A stretch of 61,992 bases of DNA, filler included, from Collodictyon triciliatum (taxonomy: Eukaryota): assembly GCA_043381765.1 (NCBI GenBank). It is 4 parts of 4 records of this genome, joined end to end, with 100 filler letters (N's around TTAATTAATTAA, not from the genome) between each part and the next. Parts side by side here need not be neighbours in the genome. Positions count along the whole stretch, not along the records: positions 21,553 to 45,722 come from JBHJMP010000519.1; positions 45,823 to 52,508 come from JBHJMP010000524.1; positions 52,609 to 61,992 come from JBHJMP010000529.1; 1 more part is not named here. One strand, 5' to 3'. Each line of letters starts with the position of its first letter. Position 1 is the first letter of the stretch. The notes beneath the pieces are model-generated. The model was given only the letters and a program-made list of their open reading frames with translations, was not told the origin of the DNA and made no database searches. The translations under genes were made by a program, and so were the position numbers. This document shows positions 43,750 to 58,700 of the stretch, one piece after another.

Positions 43750-45495
43750 TTATTCAAAGAATGAGTCGAATGCACGCAGTAGAGTAGGCGCATAAAAGAG
43801 ACTACCGAAAGGATTATATCGATGGAAAGATATCAGTGAGAGCGAGTTGGTCAGGTGGGCGTCCCAACTGGTTGATTGGTTGCGTGGGTAGCAGGGTTGG
43901 ATATGTTGTGGGAGATATCTTACGACACATTCCCATATCTCTCTTCGCTTGCGGTCAGAGTAGCGAAGAATGCGGGCGTGTTTCAGCAGGCTGTTCAGGA
44001 AGCTGCATTGCAAGAGGCTTTCAAGCTTGATACATCAATTTCTCGTTCGGTCGAATCATTAGAGATAGGAAATGTGTACAAGCACCTATATGATACCACA
44101 GCATATGTCCCCTTGCGACTGTCCAGAGTATTCTAGAGTCATAGGTCATTTGGTATTGTGCGCCAAACAGGATGTCGGACGCGCTGAGTCGGTTGGGAGC
44201 ATAATCAAGCTTAGAGAGCATCTTGTGGGTGGATTCTGTCACTTTTTGTGCAAGAGAGCAATTAAAGCTGCTCCACACTGATATTTTCGATTTGATGTCC
44301 TCAACCGGGCTTGTCCATTTGTTATCCGATTGTGGACCGAAGATGATGCCAAGATGCTTGAGTGGATGTGACGGTGGCTTCCACACAATGTTTCCTGGAA
44401 ACATAAGTCCATCCTGAAACCCAAAAAGGATTCCATCTGTCTTGTCATAGTTGATTCTTCCACCGACAGCTCGTGTGTATTCTTGCATGCATTTGTTGGC
44501 GAGTGTGGCGGCTTCGGGAGACCGCAAGATGAATGCTGTGTCGTCTGCATATTGAAGAAGCAGTTGGTTGCGCACCTTGTTTTCGTTTCGGAAGTGGTTT
44601 GCAAGGCAGTCAGCGACAAAGTTGAAGAGCAGTGGTGCAATTGGGCAGCCTTGATACACCCCGCTCTGTCTTTGAATTGCATCCGTAGGTCCGTATGCCG
44701 TGAGTACCCTCGCTGTTGGATTGTCGTGCAATTTCTTGATAAGGCCGGTGAATCCGGTATATAAGCCTCTTTTGTGTAGGATGGTTTCCAGTGCTTTGTG
44801 GTTCACATAGTCGTATGCTTTCTCCAGGTCGTAGAAAATCATAGCGCGGGGTGTCCCGCTTACTTGATATTCCATGTACTCTTTGTTGACATCCCAAATG
44901 TTTGTGCCGATGTTCCTTCCGTTCATAAAGCCAATCTGCTCTTTGGATATGAGTTTGTCGGGGGTGATTTGTGATTTCTGAGTAGCGTCGTAAATATCTT
45001 GTAGTCATTATTCAACAGCGATATTGGTCGCCATTCCGCGAGAATGCTCGAGTTTCCTTTCTTTGGTATCAAACGCACCGTGGCCTCTGTAAATCCTTGT
45101 GGTAGGTCGCCGCCAGACATGATTCCATTCAGAATAGTCACTGAGGATGCCTTGACCTCATTAAAGAAAGCAGAGTATATTCCGTTGGGCAGCCTATCTG
45201 AACGTGGCGCCTTTCCGTTGTGCAGCGACTTGAACGCTTTCCTCAATTCGCCTGCATCTATTGGTGCTATCATGCTGGCTGCTTGAGAGGCTGAGACCTT
45301 GGAGCAATTTGTAGTGATAAGCTCGAGAGTAGCAGCGTCATAGTCTCGCCTTGACCACATCTTTGAGAAGAAGTCGTGGGTGTTCTTTTTGTTGTTAAGA
45401 GGTAATAAATGCTGCATGTCCGCAGATGGTGTGCAGGACGAATGCATGGTCTTTTCTTTTTCATTTCCTAGTCCGAAGAACCATTTCTCCATCTG
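43750..45495 (-). mobile_element. 5'-truncated, frameshifted non-LTR retrotransposon ORF2 (L1/Tx1-like reverse transcriptase)
   Basis: Motifs KAPRSDRLP, LIPKKG, WRPISLLNNDYKI, QIGFMNGRNI, DLEKAYD, GVYQGCPIAPLLF, YADD, IN..KT and HLGI. Frameshift near 44960-44985. No APE endonuclease is visible, and SKLDY runs straight into a C-terminal-like ILFG...LW segment, suggesting an internal deletion. Confidence 0.92.
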
Positions 45496-45766
45496 CTTAA
45501 AGTTACTTAAGGGCCAGATTAATATTTTCGCGGCATTTTTTTTTCTAATTACAAGACCTGGATTATGCAAACCGTGATAATAAAGGAGGAAAGTGTATTT
45601 TTTATTCTTCCTTTCAATATGTCAGAATGTTGATAGTTCATAATAATCATCCCATGGCAACCAAATCAGGTTTTCTCAATCAATAAGTTTATTTGGTTTC
45701 TTTTCTTTTTTTTTTTTTTTTTNNNNNNNNNNNNNNNNNNNNNNNNNNNNNNNNNNNNNNNNNNNN

Positions 45767-45778
45767 TTAATTAATTAA
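45767..45778. other. Artificial contig linker TTAATTAATTAA
   Basis: Same N-padded 12-mer as at 21497. Confidence 0.9.
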
Positions 45779-46290
45779 NNNNNNNNNNNNNNNNNNNNNN
45801 NNNNNNNNNNNNNNNNNNNNNNTTTTTTTTTTTTTCTTTTTTTTTTTTTTTCTTTTTTTCTTTTTTTCTTTTTTTCTTTTTTTCTTTTTTTCTTTTTTTC
45901 TTTTTTTCTTTTTTTCTTTTTCTTTCACATTCACCACGCACTACTTTTCATCCCAAGCACCACCCCATCCCTATATAACTGCATAGAGCAGAAAAGCTGC
46001 TCCATAAACATCACCGCCCCGCCTCTTCTAAACAGCCACGTTCAGAATGACAGACATGCACCTACGACTCAGAACCCAACCGTTGCCATGTCCACCCACA
46101 AATTGCGTGCGTATTTGACAGGCGCCCAAAAACACACACCCAGACTGACTCATAATAACGGTTCCCTGTTTTCCTCCTTTTTCTTTTGCCGTTTCTTATC
46201 CAACCTTCAACAATATTGGTTCTGAAGTGTACTCATACGTCTCCCTCGGGAAGAAAAAAAGGCCTTGGATTAGGGCTCACCCCGTTGTCG

Positions 46291-47866
<1,576 letters not shown>

Positions 47867-48336
47867 AATACTCAACAAGAGGTTACCTTATTCTTGGCTC
47901 ACATCCCCGATTCCTTTTCATCTTTGCCTTTGCTGTATGTGTCGTGAATACCCGACATGACTTTTTACTGACAACGCGCCCCAGCAATACATGTTCATGA
48001 TATATCACTATTATTCACAATGATTCACCTGCACTATGGCCTGGGCTTTTTGAATAAAAAAAAATATAATAAAATAAACCCCTTATTGGATAATACCCCT
48101 TTTATACAAAAGGAAAGTGGGATTTGAAAAAAGACCTGTTGTATAAGGCAGAAAGATATCACTCCAGCTCTTTTGTTTTTGGGCATAGAGTTGATTTGTT
48201 TATATCATAGTTTGGAATTGCAAGACAAAAAAAAAGATAAATCGTTTCGTGAGTTGATGAAGTATTCAGTTTTAGGTTGTTTTTTTTTTCTTTTTGTTCG
48301 GTCCAACCACGCGAGGGAGAAGTCGGGTGCGTTGAC

Positions 48337-48663
48337 TTAGAACCCTCCAGGATAGCTCAGAACCATCTGGACGTGCGCAATCTGTTCCTGGACAGCGGCT
48401 GCGCGCTCGTGCTGGTTATTGCTTGTAAGAAACTCATGGTAAAGTGAGAGAACCAAAATCATATTCTCGTGTGGGTTTTGTCCCAATATTGTGATTGATT
48501 TCATGAAGAGGTCTTCGGCATCCCCCAACCTAAGCAGGGTTGTGTTTAGTCACTATTTCTGGTAACTCGTGCAATCAATTTACATAAACATAATTCTTCA
48601 TGTTACTCGACTGACTTTTATAAAACGAAATGAGTGTCAGTGGGTAAAACTTCATGCTATTTT

Positions 48664-48736
<73 letters not shown>

Positions 48737-50122
48737 TTTACAATTCAGAGAATTATGTTTGTATACCGCCCCATGTCGCCGAGTAGTCTGGCCTTTGTTG
48801 CATTCACAGCTGCAAGGTCCGGGTCATTTTTGTTCTTGAGTCTCATGAATATTGTTTGCGTGCGCTCGATTGCTTTAAGGGATTCATCGTACCGCTTTAG
48901 TTCGCGGAGCAGGTCGGCTAAAAATGAAAATCATATAGATATGTGTCAATTCAACTATTTATTCGTCGGAAACAAACTGCTCTGTATCGACCTTGCAAAT
49001 GAGGCATAGTACTTACCATAACCTCCCAAGGCCTGTCCGTATTGGATGGATAGTTCCTGGTAAACTTCTCTAATGATTAGAGAAATAGATATAATTACTC
49101 GAATAAAGCCAAAGCAAAGCAGAGCAGAGCAAACAAGGAAAAGCTTGAGTCCGATTTATTTGCAAATTTCATGGCTGTCTTGGATTTTTCGTCTGTTTGG
49201 CTTTTGTTCTTTAGATACATACTTCATCACTTGGAGTGTCAGCACACACATGCGCTCACAAGCAACAAGTAATTTGTGTGTGCGGTACATTGTGGAGAGC
49301 GTGTTAAGGCATTGTCCAAGGTATTCTTTGCGTCCTCCATAAGCGTCCAACAAAATTTCCATCCATTTCTTCTCCAGGGCATCAGACTCCTCGTTCTAGA
49401 GGTCGCATGTAATAATAATTAGCGTCCTTGTTCCATTATTTTCAATTTTCTTGATAAATAATAATACGAGCAATAAAAGAATACGTTGAACTAGAAAGGC
49501 ATCTAGAAGCATATATGCTATTTTTAAACGGTTCTTTTTCTTATTTTTTTAAAAGAAAACAAACAAACATACAAACAAACATGTCACTGTGCAAGAGTTT
49601 TCCAATTCCTTTCAGTAAGAATTTCTCACCTTGCCGAGGTATCTCTTCGCGATGGATTGGGAAAGCAAAGCAGATGCAAACTTCGGATCACTTTTTGATT
49701 CTTTCGTCTCACGTGCTTTAATAACCTAAACATTTAGATGCGATTAATGCAATACTTCACCTCTTCTTCGATTAATTGCGGATAAACATGTCTGTTCTCT
49801 CGATAGGGTGAATTACCAATCGTTGAATCGCTTACAATGCATATTTTCCCTGTAAACATGTCACATCAGAGCTGGAAAACTTACATTGTCGAGGACAGCT
49901 TCAGCTTCTGAATATTTTCCTTGCAGAGTGTAAACATCTGCGATTACTTCTTCAACATAATCGACAGAAAAGTGAGCAACAGTAATCCCATCCTTTAAGA
50001 GGTTGATACATTGTGTGTACATCGGAAGGGCTTCATCGAGTCTATTCAGCTCCTGTTAAAACAATTATAGCTTATGAATGTTTTACTTAGAAAAAAAAAA
50101 AAAAAAAAAGGAGAGAAGGAAG

Positions 50123-50162
<40 letters not shown>

Positions 50163-50264
50163 NNNNNNNNNNNNNNNNNNNNNNNNNNNNNNNNNNNNNN
50201 NNNNNNNNNNNNNNNNNNNNNNNNNNNNNNNNNNNNNNNNNNNNNNNNNNNNNNNNNNNNNNGA

Positions 50265-50360
<96 letters not shown>

Positions 50361-52296
50361 ATTCGAACATGAACACTATAACCATGGAAGTGAATTTAAC
50401 AATCGTGTAAAATCTGAATTTTTTGAGAGAACCTTGTAAACTTGACCAAGGTCAAACAGAAACAAGAGTGAGGCAGGATGGCCAGAAGGGTAAACTTTTT
50501 CCCATAAACGCAACGCAAACAGATAATGAGTAGCTCCCTGGAAGTGAACTCCATCAGACGATGCATTCTAGACTATGTAAATCATTTACGTGGTGATTGC
50601 TAACCTTCTTGTAATCCCCAGATGAGGCATGGAAATATCCTTGGCAGAAGTTACAGATGGACATCCCTTGGAAGTTGTTCACTATATCCGTATAAGTCTG
50701 TTAAAACTATATGAATTGTAGTGTCTACATTTACAAAATGATAAAAGGGTGAATAAAAAAAAAAGCAGAAAGGGAAAGAAATGGGGCATAGCTGAGCCAG
50801 CGAGGAAAATGAAAGTAAGATGAAACCTTTTTTTGCAGCCTTTGCTCCTTCTACAAAAGAGGCTTCAACGATATCCCTTTGTCCATTTTCCAAGTTGCTG
50901 AGTCCTTCAAACATACGGGCGATCCATTCGTTCTCCTCCTAAATGCAGAATATAAATTAACAATAATAATAATAAAATAAAAACAAGACAACCTTAAGGA
51001 AATATATCAAGTGGTGGTGCTGACAAACAGATAACCGTTACTTTTTTCATCGCTTCCTGGTCGATCACTGGTTCTCCGTCAGGGCCAACAGAAACCGGCA
51101 AACTAACGCCGCTTTCTTCAATAAGAACAGGCGGGGAAGTCATAAAGTTCTTTGCAAGGAAAGAGTTGAAGATTGGGTCACGCTGAGGGTCCCATGATTC
51201 CATCTCGGCTGAAGCACGTTGCCATATTACGGAAAACAGTAATAAAAAACTCAATAAATAAGCAGATTGATAAAATAAGATTTAAACTGTGTAGGTGAAG
51301 ATGATATAAGTTACAAAATAATACATCGATACTCATAGAGAATGTGAAATAAATAGGATATAAGGGGACTGCAATTTGACGACGTTGGAAGTCACCTTTT
51401 GCCTGCTGTTTGCCTTGTCCTGATGCAGCTTTCTTCTTCTTGGCCTTCTTGGGTTTGGGCGATTCTTCGGGCTGTTCAGAGCTGGAGGCGCCAGGTTTAT
51501 CCGATGAAGCCACATCAGCCTCCGCTGTGTTTTTTACTGCCGGCAAAGACTTTTTGCTAGGCTCTCCCTCGGGTTCACCACTTCCTTGGGTATTTGTTTC
51601 ATCCTTTACTTCGGCCTTGGTGTGGGCCTCAGATACGGGCTTTTGAGGGACTTTGAGGCTGCGGGACTTTGGTGCAGGCTCTGGCGTGCTTGATGGAAAC
51701 AGCATGACTTCCTCAGCATTTTCAGTCAGAAAGATACTCTGCTGGGCGGTTTCCTGGGAGACAAGTTCTCTTTGTTTGTATTCTGGGATGAATGGCGTCC
51801 TTTTTCTTTCTTTTGGCTTATCTATGGGCACAACTTTGGACAGAATTGAGCATACCACAACAACGTCTTCAGCGGGTAAGGAAGACTTAGTCTCGGTTGC
51901 AGGTTGTTTGGTCTCAGGCTCAGGTTCGGGCTCAGGCTTAGGCTCCTTCTTTGCGTTTCTATATGGGAAGTATATGTCAGTCCCATCGGTTTTTTGCCAG
52001 ACACAGACTTTAGTGGATGGTTTGGTTTTTTTTTCTTCTGAGTGCAGTGTGCCTGAGTGAAAGCCCAACTTTACTAGGGCCATCATGAGAGGAGATTGTT
52101 TGGGGGAAAGAAAGTACTTTTTGGAATAGTGGTACGCCCCAGCGAGAAGCAGGGCCGCACCGATCAAGTAAAGCACGTTTCGCTTGGAAAGAAGAGAGTA
52201 TTGCGACTCGGATGAGAGAGAAGTGTTCTGCGCTGTTGAGGAGCTGACTGGATTTGTGTCGGCGGTGGCACTTTGCGGCATCTTTGGCTGTGACAT
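48337..52296 (-). CDS. TPR-repeat protein with N-terminal transmembrane anchor and long P/E/K-rich linker
   Basis: Exon 1 contains VLYLIGAALLLAGAYHYSKK followed by a low-complexity linker. Later exons give TPR-like helices (FDLGQVYKELNRLDEALPMYTQC, IADVYTLQGKYSEAE, LGDAEDLFMKSITILG). Confidence 0.75.
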
Positions 52297-52552
52297 GCTT
52301 CCTGTATTTTTTGTTTATTGTTTTATTGTTTTTTTGTTTTTTTGCTTTTTTGTTTTTTTGTTTTTTTGTTTTTTTTGTTTTTTTGTTTTTTTGTTTGTTT
52401 GTTTGTTTGTTTGTTTGTTTTTTTGTTTGTTTTGTTTTTTGTTTCATTGTTTTATTGTTTTTTTGTTTTATTTTTTTTTGTTTTTTTGTTTTTTTGTTTT
52501 TTTGTTTTNNNNNNNNNNNNNNNNNNNNNNNNNNNNNNNNNNNNNNNNNNNN

Positions 52553-52564
52553 TTAATTAATTAA
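52553..52564. other. Artificial contig linker TTAATTAATTAA
   Basis: Same N-padded 12-mer; the ARM gene is cut here. Confidence 0.9.
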
Positions 52565-52608
52565 NNNNNNNNNNNNNNNNNNNNNNNNNNNNNNNNNNNN
52601 NNNNNNNN

Positions 52609-52974
52609 GGATATACAAAGATATTTTCGTGTAATTTTATGATTCAGAATGTGACATAAAAAACATGATATTCCAGTTAATTTTAATATATATGTAGTTC
52701 AAGAACGAGACGAAGCGGTGCAAAAGCACAAAGTACCGTTTCTGGACAGGTTTGCTGTAAGGATGGAGGCAGCTTTTCTTACAACCTTATCCTCTGAGGA
52801 AAGAAACTGAATTGCGTACTTGATGCAATCATAATCTCGCAATTTATCGCAAATTTGGTCTAAAGTTTAAGTGCGAATGTTAGCTCTTGGAATCGAATAG
52901 AGAAAGAAAAAAAAAGAAGTACCAATGTTAACTCTTAATTACGATAAATGGAAATAAGCTTAAGCGCTACCAGC
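52609..52974. repeat. ~365-bp direct repeat, copy A (contains one ARM exon)
   Basis: Near-identical to 55267-55631 by eye. Confidence 0.92.
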
Positions 52975-53000
52975 AAAAAAAAAAAATAATAATAAATAAA

Positions 53001-53040
<40 letters not shown>

Positions 53041-54488
53041 AAATCGTATATATTTTCTTATGCACAACTTTTGGGTGGTGCAATTTATTCTTTTGCTTTG
53101 AATATTTTTTTAAAAATATATATATTCTTTTAACAAGTTATGCAAACATGGATACTACCTGAAAGAGACGCATTAGCCATTGCCGCCAGAGAAGACGCTT
53201 TTACAGCCCATGGAGCATTTCTTACCATTTCAACCAAAATCGATAATCCTCCACTTACTAATAATTGCTGTCTGCCTGATTCTATCGCATTCCAAAATAT
53301 AACAACTTTTAAAAAAAAATCGAGCAAGTTATATGTGTATTTAACATATTAAGCATTTAGGACACTTCGTTTGTAATTCAGCTGCATAAGTACAACATAA
53401 TAAGCTTACCATCACGACAACATTCTGCGATTGCATATCCAGATGCCTCTTGTAACTCCAGGCTCGGTGGGCACAGAGACACAGCCAAAACGGCGACAGC
53501 TTTAGAGTCGATAAACAAAGACCGATATTTCTCTATGCACGTTTTTTAAAAAAAATTATTATTGGTATCACTCGAGAGAAACTTCGTCATAAACAGTTTT
53601 TGATATATTCTTTGGTTGTCTTTGGAAATAAGGAATATGAGATGCGGTTGATACGAAAGTGAGCGTAGAGGAGTGCCTGCGCGAGCCAATCGACCAACAA
53701 TCTCTACAGCTGCTATTCGAACAGGAAAGTCCTGAATGCTCACGATTGCACATAATAAGCCGTCCAAATATGGGGCAATGTCGCCCATTATCTCCACATC
53801 ATCAGCTATAAATTTATTTGAAACGTCAGAACTTTTTCTGTTGCTTTTAATGATTTTTTTTAAAAAATAATAATAATAATCAGGGAATCATGAACCCTCC
53901 AAAACTGACATAGATAACTCATCAGGACTAAATAAGTATGTTAAATAAAAGCCTTGTGCCAATGCATTGGTCACCGCAGTTAGAACACATGGAGTCATTA
54001 TTTCACGCTCGAGTCGCTGGTCAAAGTCAGAAAGCCAGTAAATACCCCACATAAGTCTCTCAAGAACAGGGGGAGATTGTAAGCTTTTTACAGTCCTTTC
54101 TGTAAAAAGTGAGTGTTTAGAAAGGGAATCATGAAGTCGGATATTTTAACATCATAATGAACAATCGACTATGAGGCTTATATGTTTTCCCCTTTATTCG
54201 ATTTACTATGAGGCTAATATTATTCTACCACTACCCAAATCTAAGAATGATGAGGAAATAAGGTACCCACCATGTAAAGTCAGGTTATGCAGAATTCTGG
54301 ATGCATGAAACTTTACTTCATCATCAGGATTTGCAGCTTCATCAATCAAATCACTCAGAAAATCACCTTCATTAAGTAGGAGAATGGCCTCACATATTTT
54401 TTCTATTTCCGCATACCCATTATTTCAGTAGTAGACCATCTTAAAATCGTTTATAGTAGTGATATGATGGCAGAAAGTCTTCTTTTTA

Positions 54489-54528
<40 letters not shown>

Positions 54529-55102
54529 TGTATACAGAAATTTTACCGGAGACAGTAGCATGAGCGAGAGCCAAGCCAGATACCCGAGGTAGGAGTTGGG
54601 TTAAATTGCCTTCAATGCCCTCCGATGGGGTATAATCGAGGGAAAATATTTGGGCAAGAGCCTCTAATGTATCAGGCTTGAATATGGTGTCTCTGATATC
54701 TACATGCGACGGTGAAATACGAGATTTTATTACTTTGATGTTCTAAAATTCACTGTTCAAAAATACTAGGTATGATAAGCATAAGATGTCTGCGGCTTCG
54801 AAAAGCAACTAGTGAGGTTAATAAATATGTAAAGAGACAAATGCATACCATCCATAGCAAGGTTTGCTAGGGTACTAACTGTCATCAGTAATGTCTGGAT
54901 GATAATTACATCAACAACCCCATGCTGCGTTTCGGGTAATACGCAATTTTTTTCTTTTGTGAGAATCTAAATATGTGCAAAGAAGGTAGTCTTTGAGATA
55001 TTCACCGCAAATAAAAGTGTGGATTCAAGAGGCAGAAATGCTACTTTTGATAAGACGTCGATGCAACCACCCTCCGACAGCAAAGAACGGTTTTGAGCTA
55101 AA

Positions 55103-55182
<80 letters not shown>

Positions 55183-55627
55183 AAAGGAAGAAAGAAGAAA
55201 TCATATGGATTTGGCACCTTTCTATCACATTCGAAATTTATGCAATTTATTTCAGGAAGAAGAAAAGGATATACTAAGATATTTTCGTGTAATTTTATGA
55301 TTCAGAATGTGACATAAACAACATGATATTCCAGTTAATTTTGATATATGTGTAGTTCAAGAACGAGACGAAGCGGTGCAAAAGCACAAAGTACCGTTTC
55401 TGGACAGGTTTGCTGTAAGGATGGAGGCAGCTTTTCTTACGACCTTATCCTCTGAGGAAAGAAACTGGATTGCGTACTTGATGCAATCATAATCTCGCAA
55501 TTTATCGCAAATTTGGTCTAAAGTTTAAGTGCAAATGTTAGCTCTTGGAATCGAATATAGAAAAAAAAAAAAGAAGTACCAATGTTAACTCTTAATTACG
55601 ATAAATGGAAATAAGCTTTAGCGCCAC

Positions 55628-55666
<39 letters not shown>

Positions 55667-55668
55667 AA

Positions 55669-55704
<36 letters not shown>

Positions 55705-58700
55705 CTCACCACTCATTGCGCACTCGGAAAATATACCCAGAGCTTGCGAAATGAGACCTTTTTTAGTCCCATTCAGTATGACAGAAAGATCTTTGAATAT
55801 ACCAGACTCAATGATCTTTTCTCTTTCCTTTTCTGCTCATCAAACAGAATAAGTGAATACAAAAAGACATTGACTTTGCTAGGAATTATTGGGAACTATT
55901 TAAAAAAAAACATGAGCTTATGTCATATGAGCTGATTAAATTCTCTATTCTAGCTCAATAAAACATAGCTCAAAAGAATCAACGAGAATATATGAGTAGT
56001 GATAAACTAATATCCACCTGAGTCACTACAGGTGGCTATAATTGCGTCTAATGATGCAATTTTCAGCGATTCTGAACAGGGAACCTTAATAATTTTATGC
56101 AAGAATTCAAATCCCGTCTCTGATACCTTTTCCACCAACCTGCTCTCTGTGATTATCATATGATTACGTTAGGTTATTTTAATTATTCTCATTAAAAAAC
56201 AGAAAAAAGTATCTTCAATTTACTGTTTTGAAAATAGAACTTCTACACTTCAAAATAACGTATATCTATTAGTTTCATTACTTGAATGATGATTTCCTGC
56301 TTATCATTTATTTAAAAGAACAAGAACATTGAAATGGTCTTACCTTCTGGAAAGAATATCAAGAATGCTTCTTTTCCTTTTTCTGAATACAATTTCGATG
56401 GCGAACCAATCATGGCAACAATCGATGTGAGCAGGCTCGGGTTCATACTGGCAAAGGCAACAACATCGGCTAATATGTTAATTCAAAATAAATTAACCTT
56501 TTTTGCATGCAGATAATATTCAACGACACCATTTGGTATTAAGAAAAAATGAAGCGTATATACAATTAATCTTGGCGCAATTAGTAAGCGATGTAAGGGC
56601 AAATAGCCGAGTGGTATCTCCTTCAGATGTGGTCAGTATTTTCAGGATCGATGTACTTATCGGGCGAGGACATAGCTGGGCTGCAACAGTTTCTAGTATT
56701 GATTAAGCAAATATATCAAGGTAGGGCATACAAACAACATTTTGTGTATGTTGGAACTACAAGAATCCCCTAGAAATTTGTAAATCACTCTTAATTAACC
56801 AATATATATGGGGTCTTCAAGAGCTATTAATAGATTTTTTTTCGAAAAAAATAATTACCGTCATTCGACCAGCGACTTAGAATCCTCAAAGACAAATCTT
56901 CATACTCTGAGTCTTTTGATTGCATCAATCCGATTAATCTTTGGAAAGCTGAAGATGTATCAGCTTTCTTCCGGCCATAGTCTAAAAAAAACTCAATTAT
57001 AATGAAGTATATTATCTAAATACATTGCTTGTAGCATGCATCGTATATGCATTCGTAATATACTGTTCTTTTCAAAAATGAATGCTACCAGATAGGGCCA
57101 AATTTCCGAGAGCTTTCAAGGCTGATACCACAACAGGTTTATCCTCGTTCTGCAAAATATTTGAAATCTGCGGAATTAGGCCTTGGGTGCACAGGCTATC
57201 TCTGACATCCGCTGTTTTATTGAATTAATTTTTATTTAAACAGTCATTTAAATTATTCATAGGATGATTTCCAATATATTTATATATAAGTATCAATCAA
57301 TACTTTATTAGGCCACCAATAGGAGGAAGATATTGTTAACAAGATGAGAGAAGTATATTGTATTACCAGATGCATGCGCGTCATTTAATATTTCTGAAAA
57401 TACTGGCTAAAGTACATACCATTCACTGAACAATTTGCAATAGCTGTGCAACAGCACGTGAGGACATCATTCGATGTCGCGTTCAAAAGTTTCAACAAAG
57501 GGACAATTCCTCCATAACTGGTACAAAATGCATCTCGAATCTCGTCTACGCAATGATGAGATTCAATTTTAATATGTATTTTCAAAATAAATGTATTCGA
57601 TATTCTTGTATTGTGCTAAAAAAAAATGCAATTTTATGCTCTGGTCGTATCTAATACGATCAAATATATAATCTTGTAGCGAATTAAGTCAAAAATTACC
57701 ACATAAAATACATTCACATAATGCCGCGCAAGCAAGAGCTTGGATTTCTTCCCCTCGGTAGCTCAGTAGAGGCAAAATATACTTGGCTACCTGTAAATTA
57801 TGCAAGGCTGCCCAACTTTCTTCTGCAGAAATAATATCGATGGCATATTAAGTGTTTCTTGATACACAAAATGGCGGGCAATCAATTTTAGTCTGTGACT
57901 TCCCATATCGATACTTACTATTTAATGCAATATTTGAAATCAGGCGAAGCGATTGGGCGATAACACTGGTGTCTTTGTTCGATGTTATGATTTGACATAT
58001 TTTCTGCAATACTTTTTGGGAAATAATTTCCTCACAGCATGACGCTGAAATTCCGTGGATGTGAGAAAACGACATTAAGATATTATCTCAATCAAAGAAA
58101 ATTAAATATGGCGAGATATTTGACTAATTTTTTTCAAAGATATATCAAAAAGGAGAATCATACGGGCTTCTGCACAATTAACCAACGTATTAATGGAGAG
58201 CTCGACAATACGATTGCTTTTTGAACTCAACATTTTGGAAACAATATGGATTCCATTCAAGTCCTTCAGAACCATTTGATTATCCACTGTGTAAAAGCGA
58301 CCTTATTTTAATAGTTTGTACATGTGAAAATGAAACATGTTTATATTCCCTTTCGGTATTCCCACTAGTAAGTTAGTATCTAGTACATGTTCTATAAAAT
58401 AGAGGTTTATATTTCAAATCGCATCAAACCTAATTGCACACACGCACTAAGTAAGTCAAGAACAGATGCAAGGCGGTCCCCATACTTTGGATTGCCTAGT
58501 AAGTCTACCATCTTTCTCATCCCATCGAAGTCTTTAATTTGTCTGTAGTCTTGGTCTAAATGAAATTCCAAAGTTGTGGCATTATTCTGATTTTTGAAAA
58601 GAAAAAAAACAAGCATCACGATAACCCCTTCGCCTACAGAAAGCATGTACTTGTAATTCGTAGGTTAAATTGAACCTAATAGCGGACACGAGTCTAGAGC

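Noticed and set aside
43836-44281. Plus-strand ORFs suggesting an internally inverted (twin-primed) LINE
   Set aside because: The minus strand already gives a plausible ORF2 C-terminal segment (ILFG...LW..RC...F), so the plus ORFs look like antisense shadows.
53951-53952. GC donor CAAG|GCTTTT in the ARM gene
   Set aside because: The frame stays open to a phase-1 GT donor (GAGG|GTTCAT, ~53895), so GC is unnecessary.
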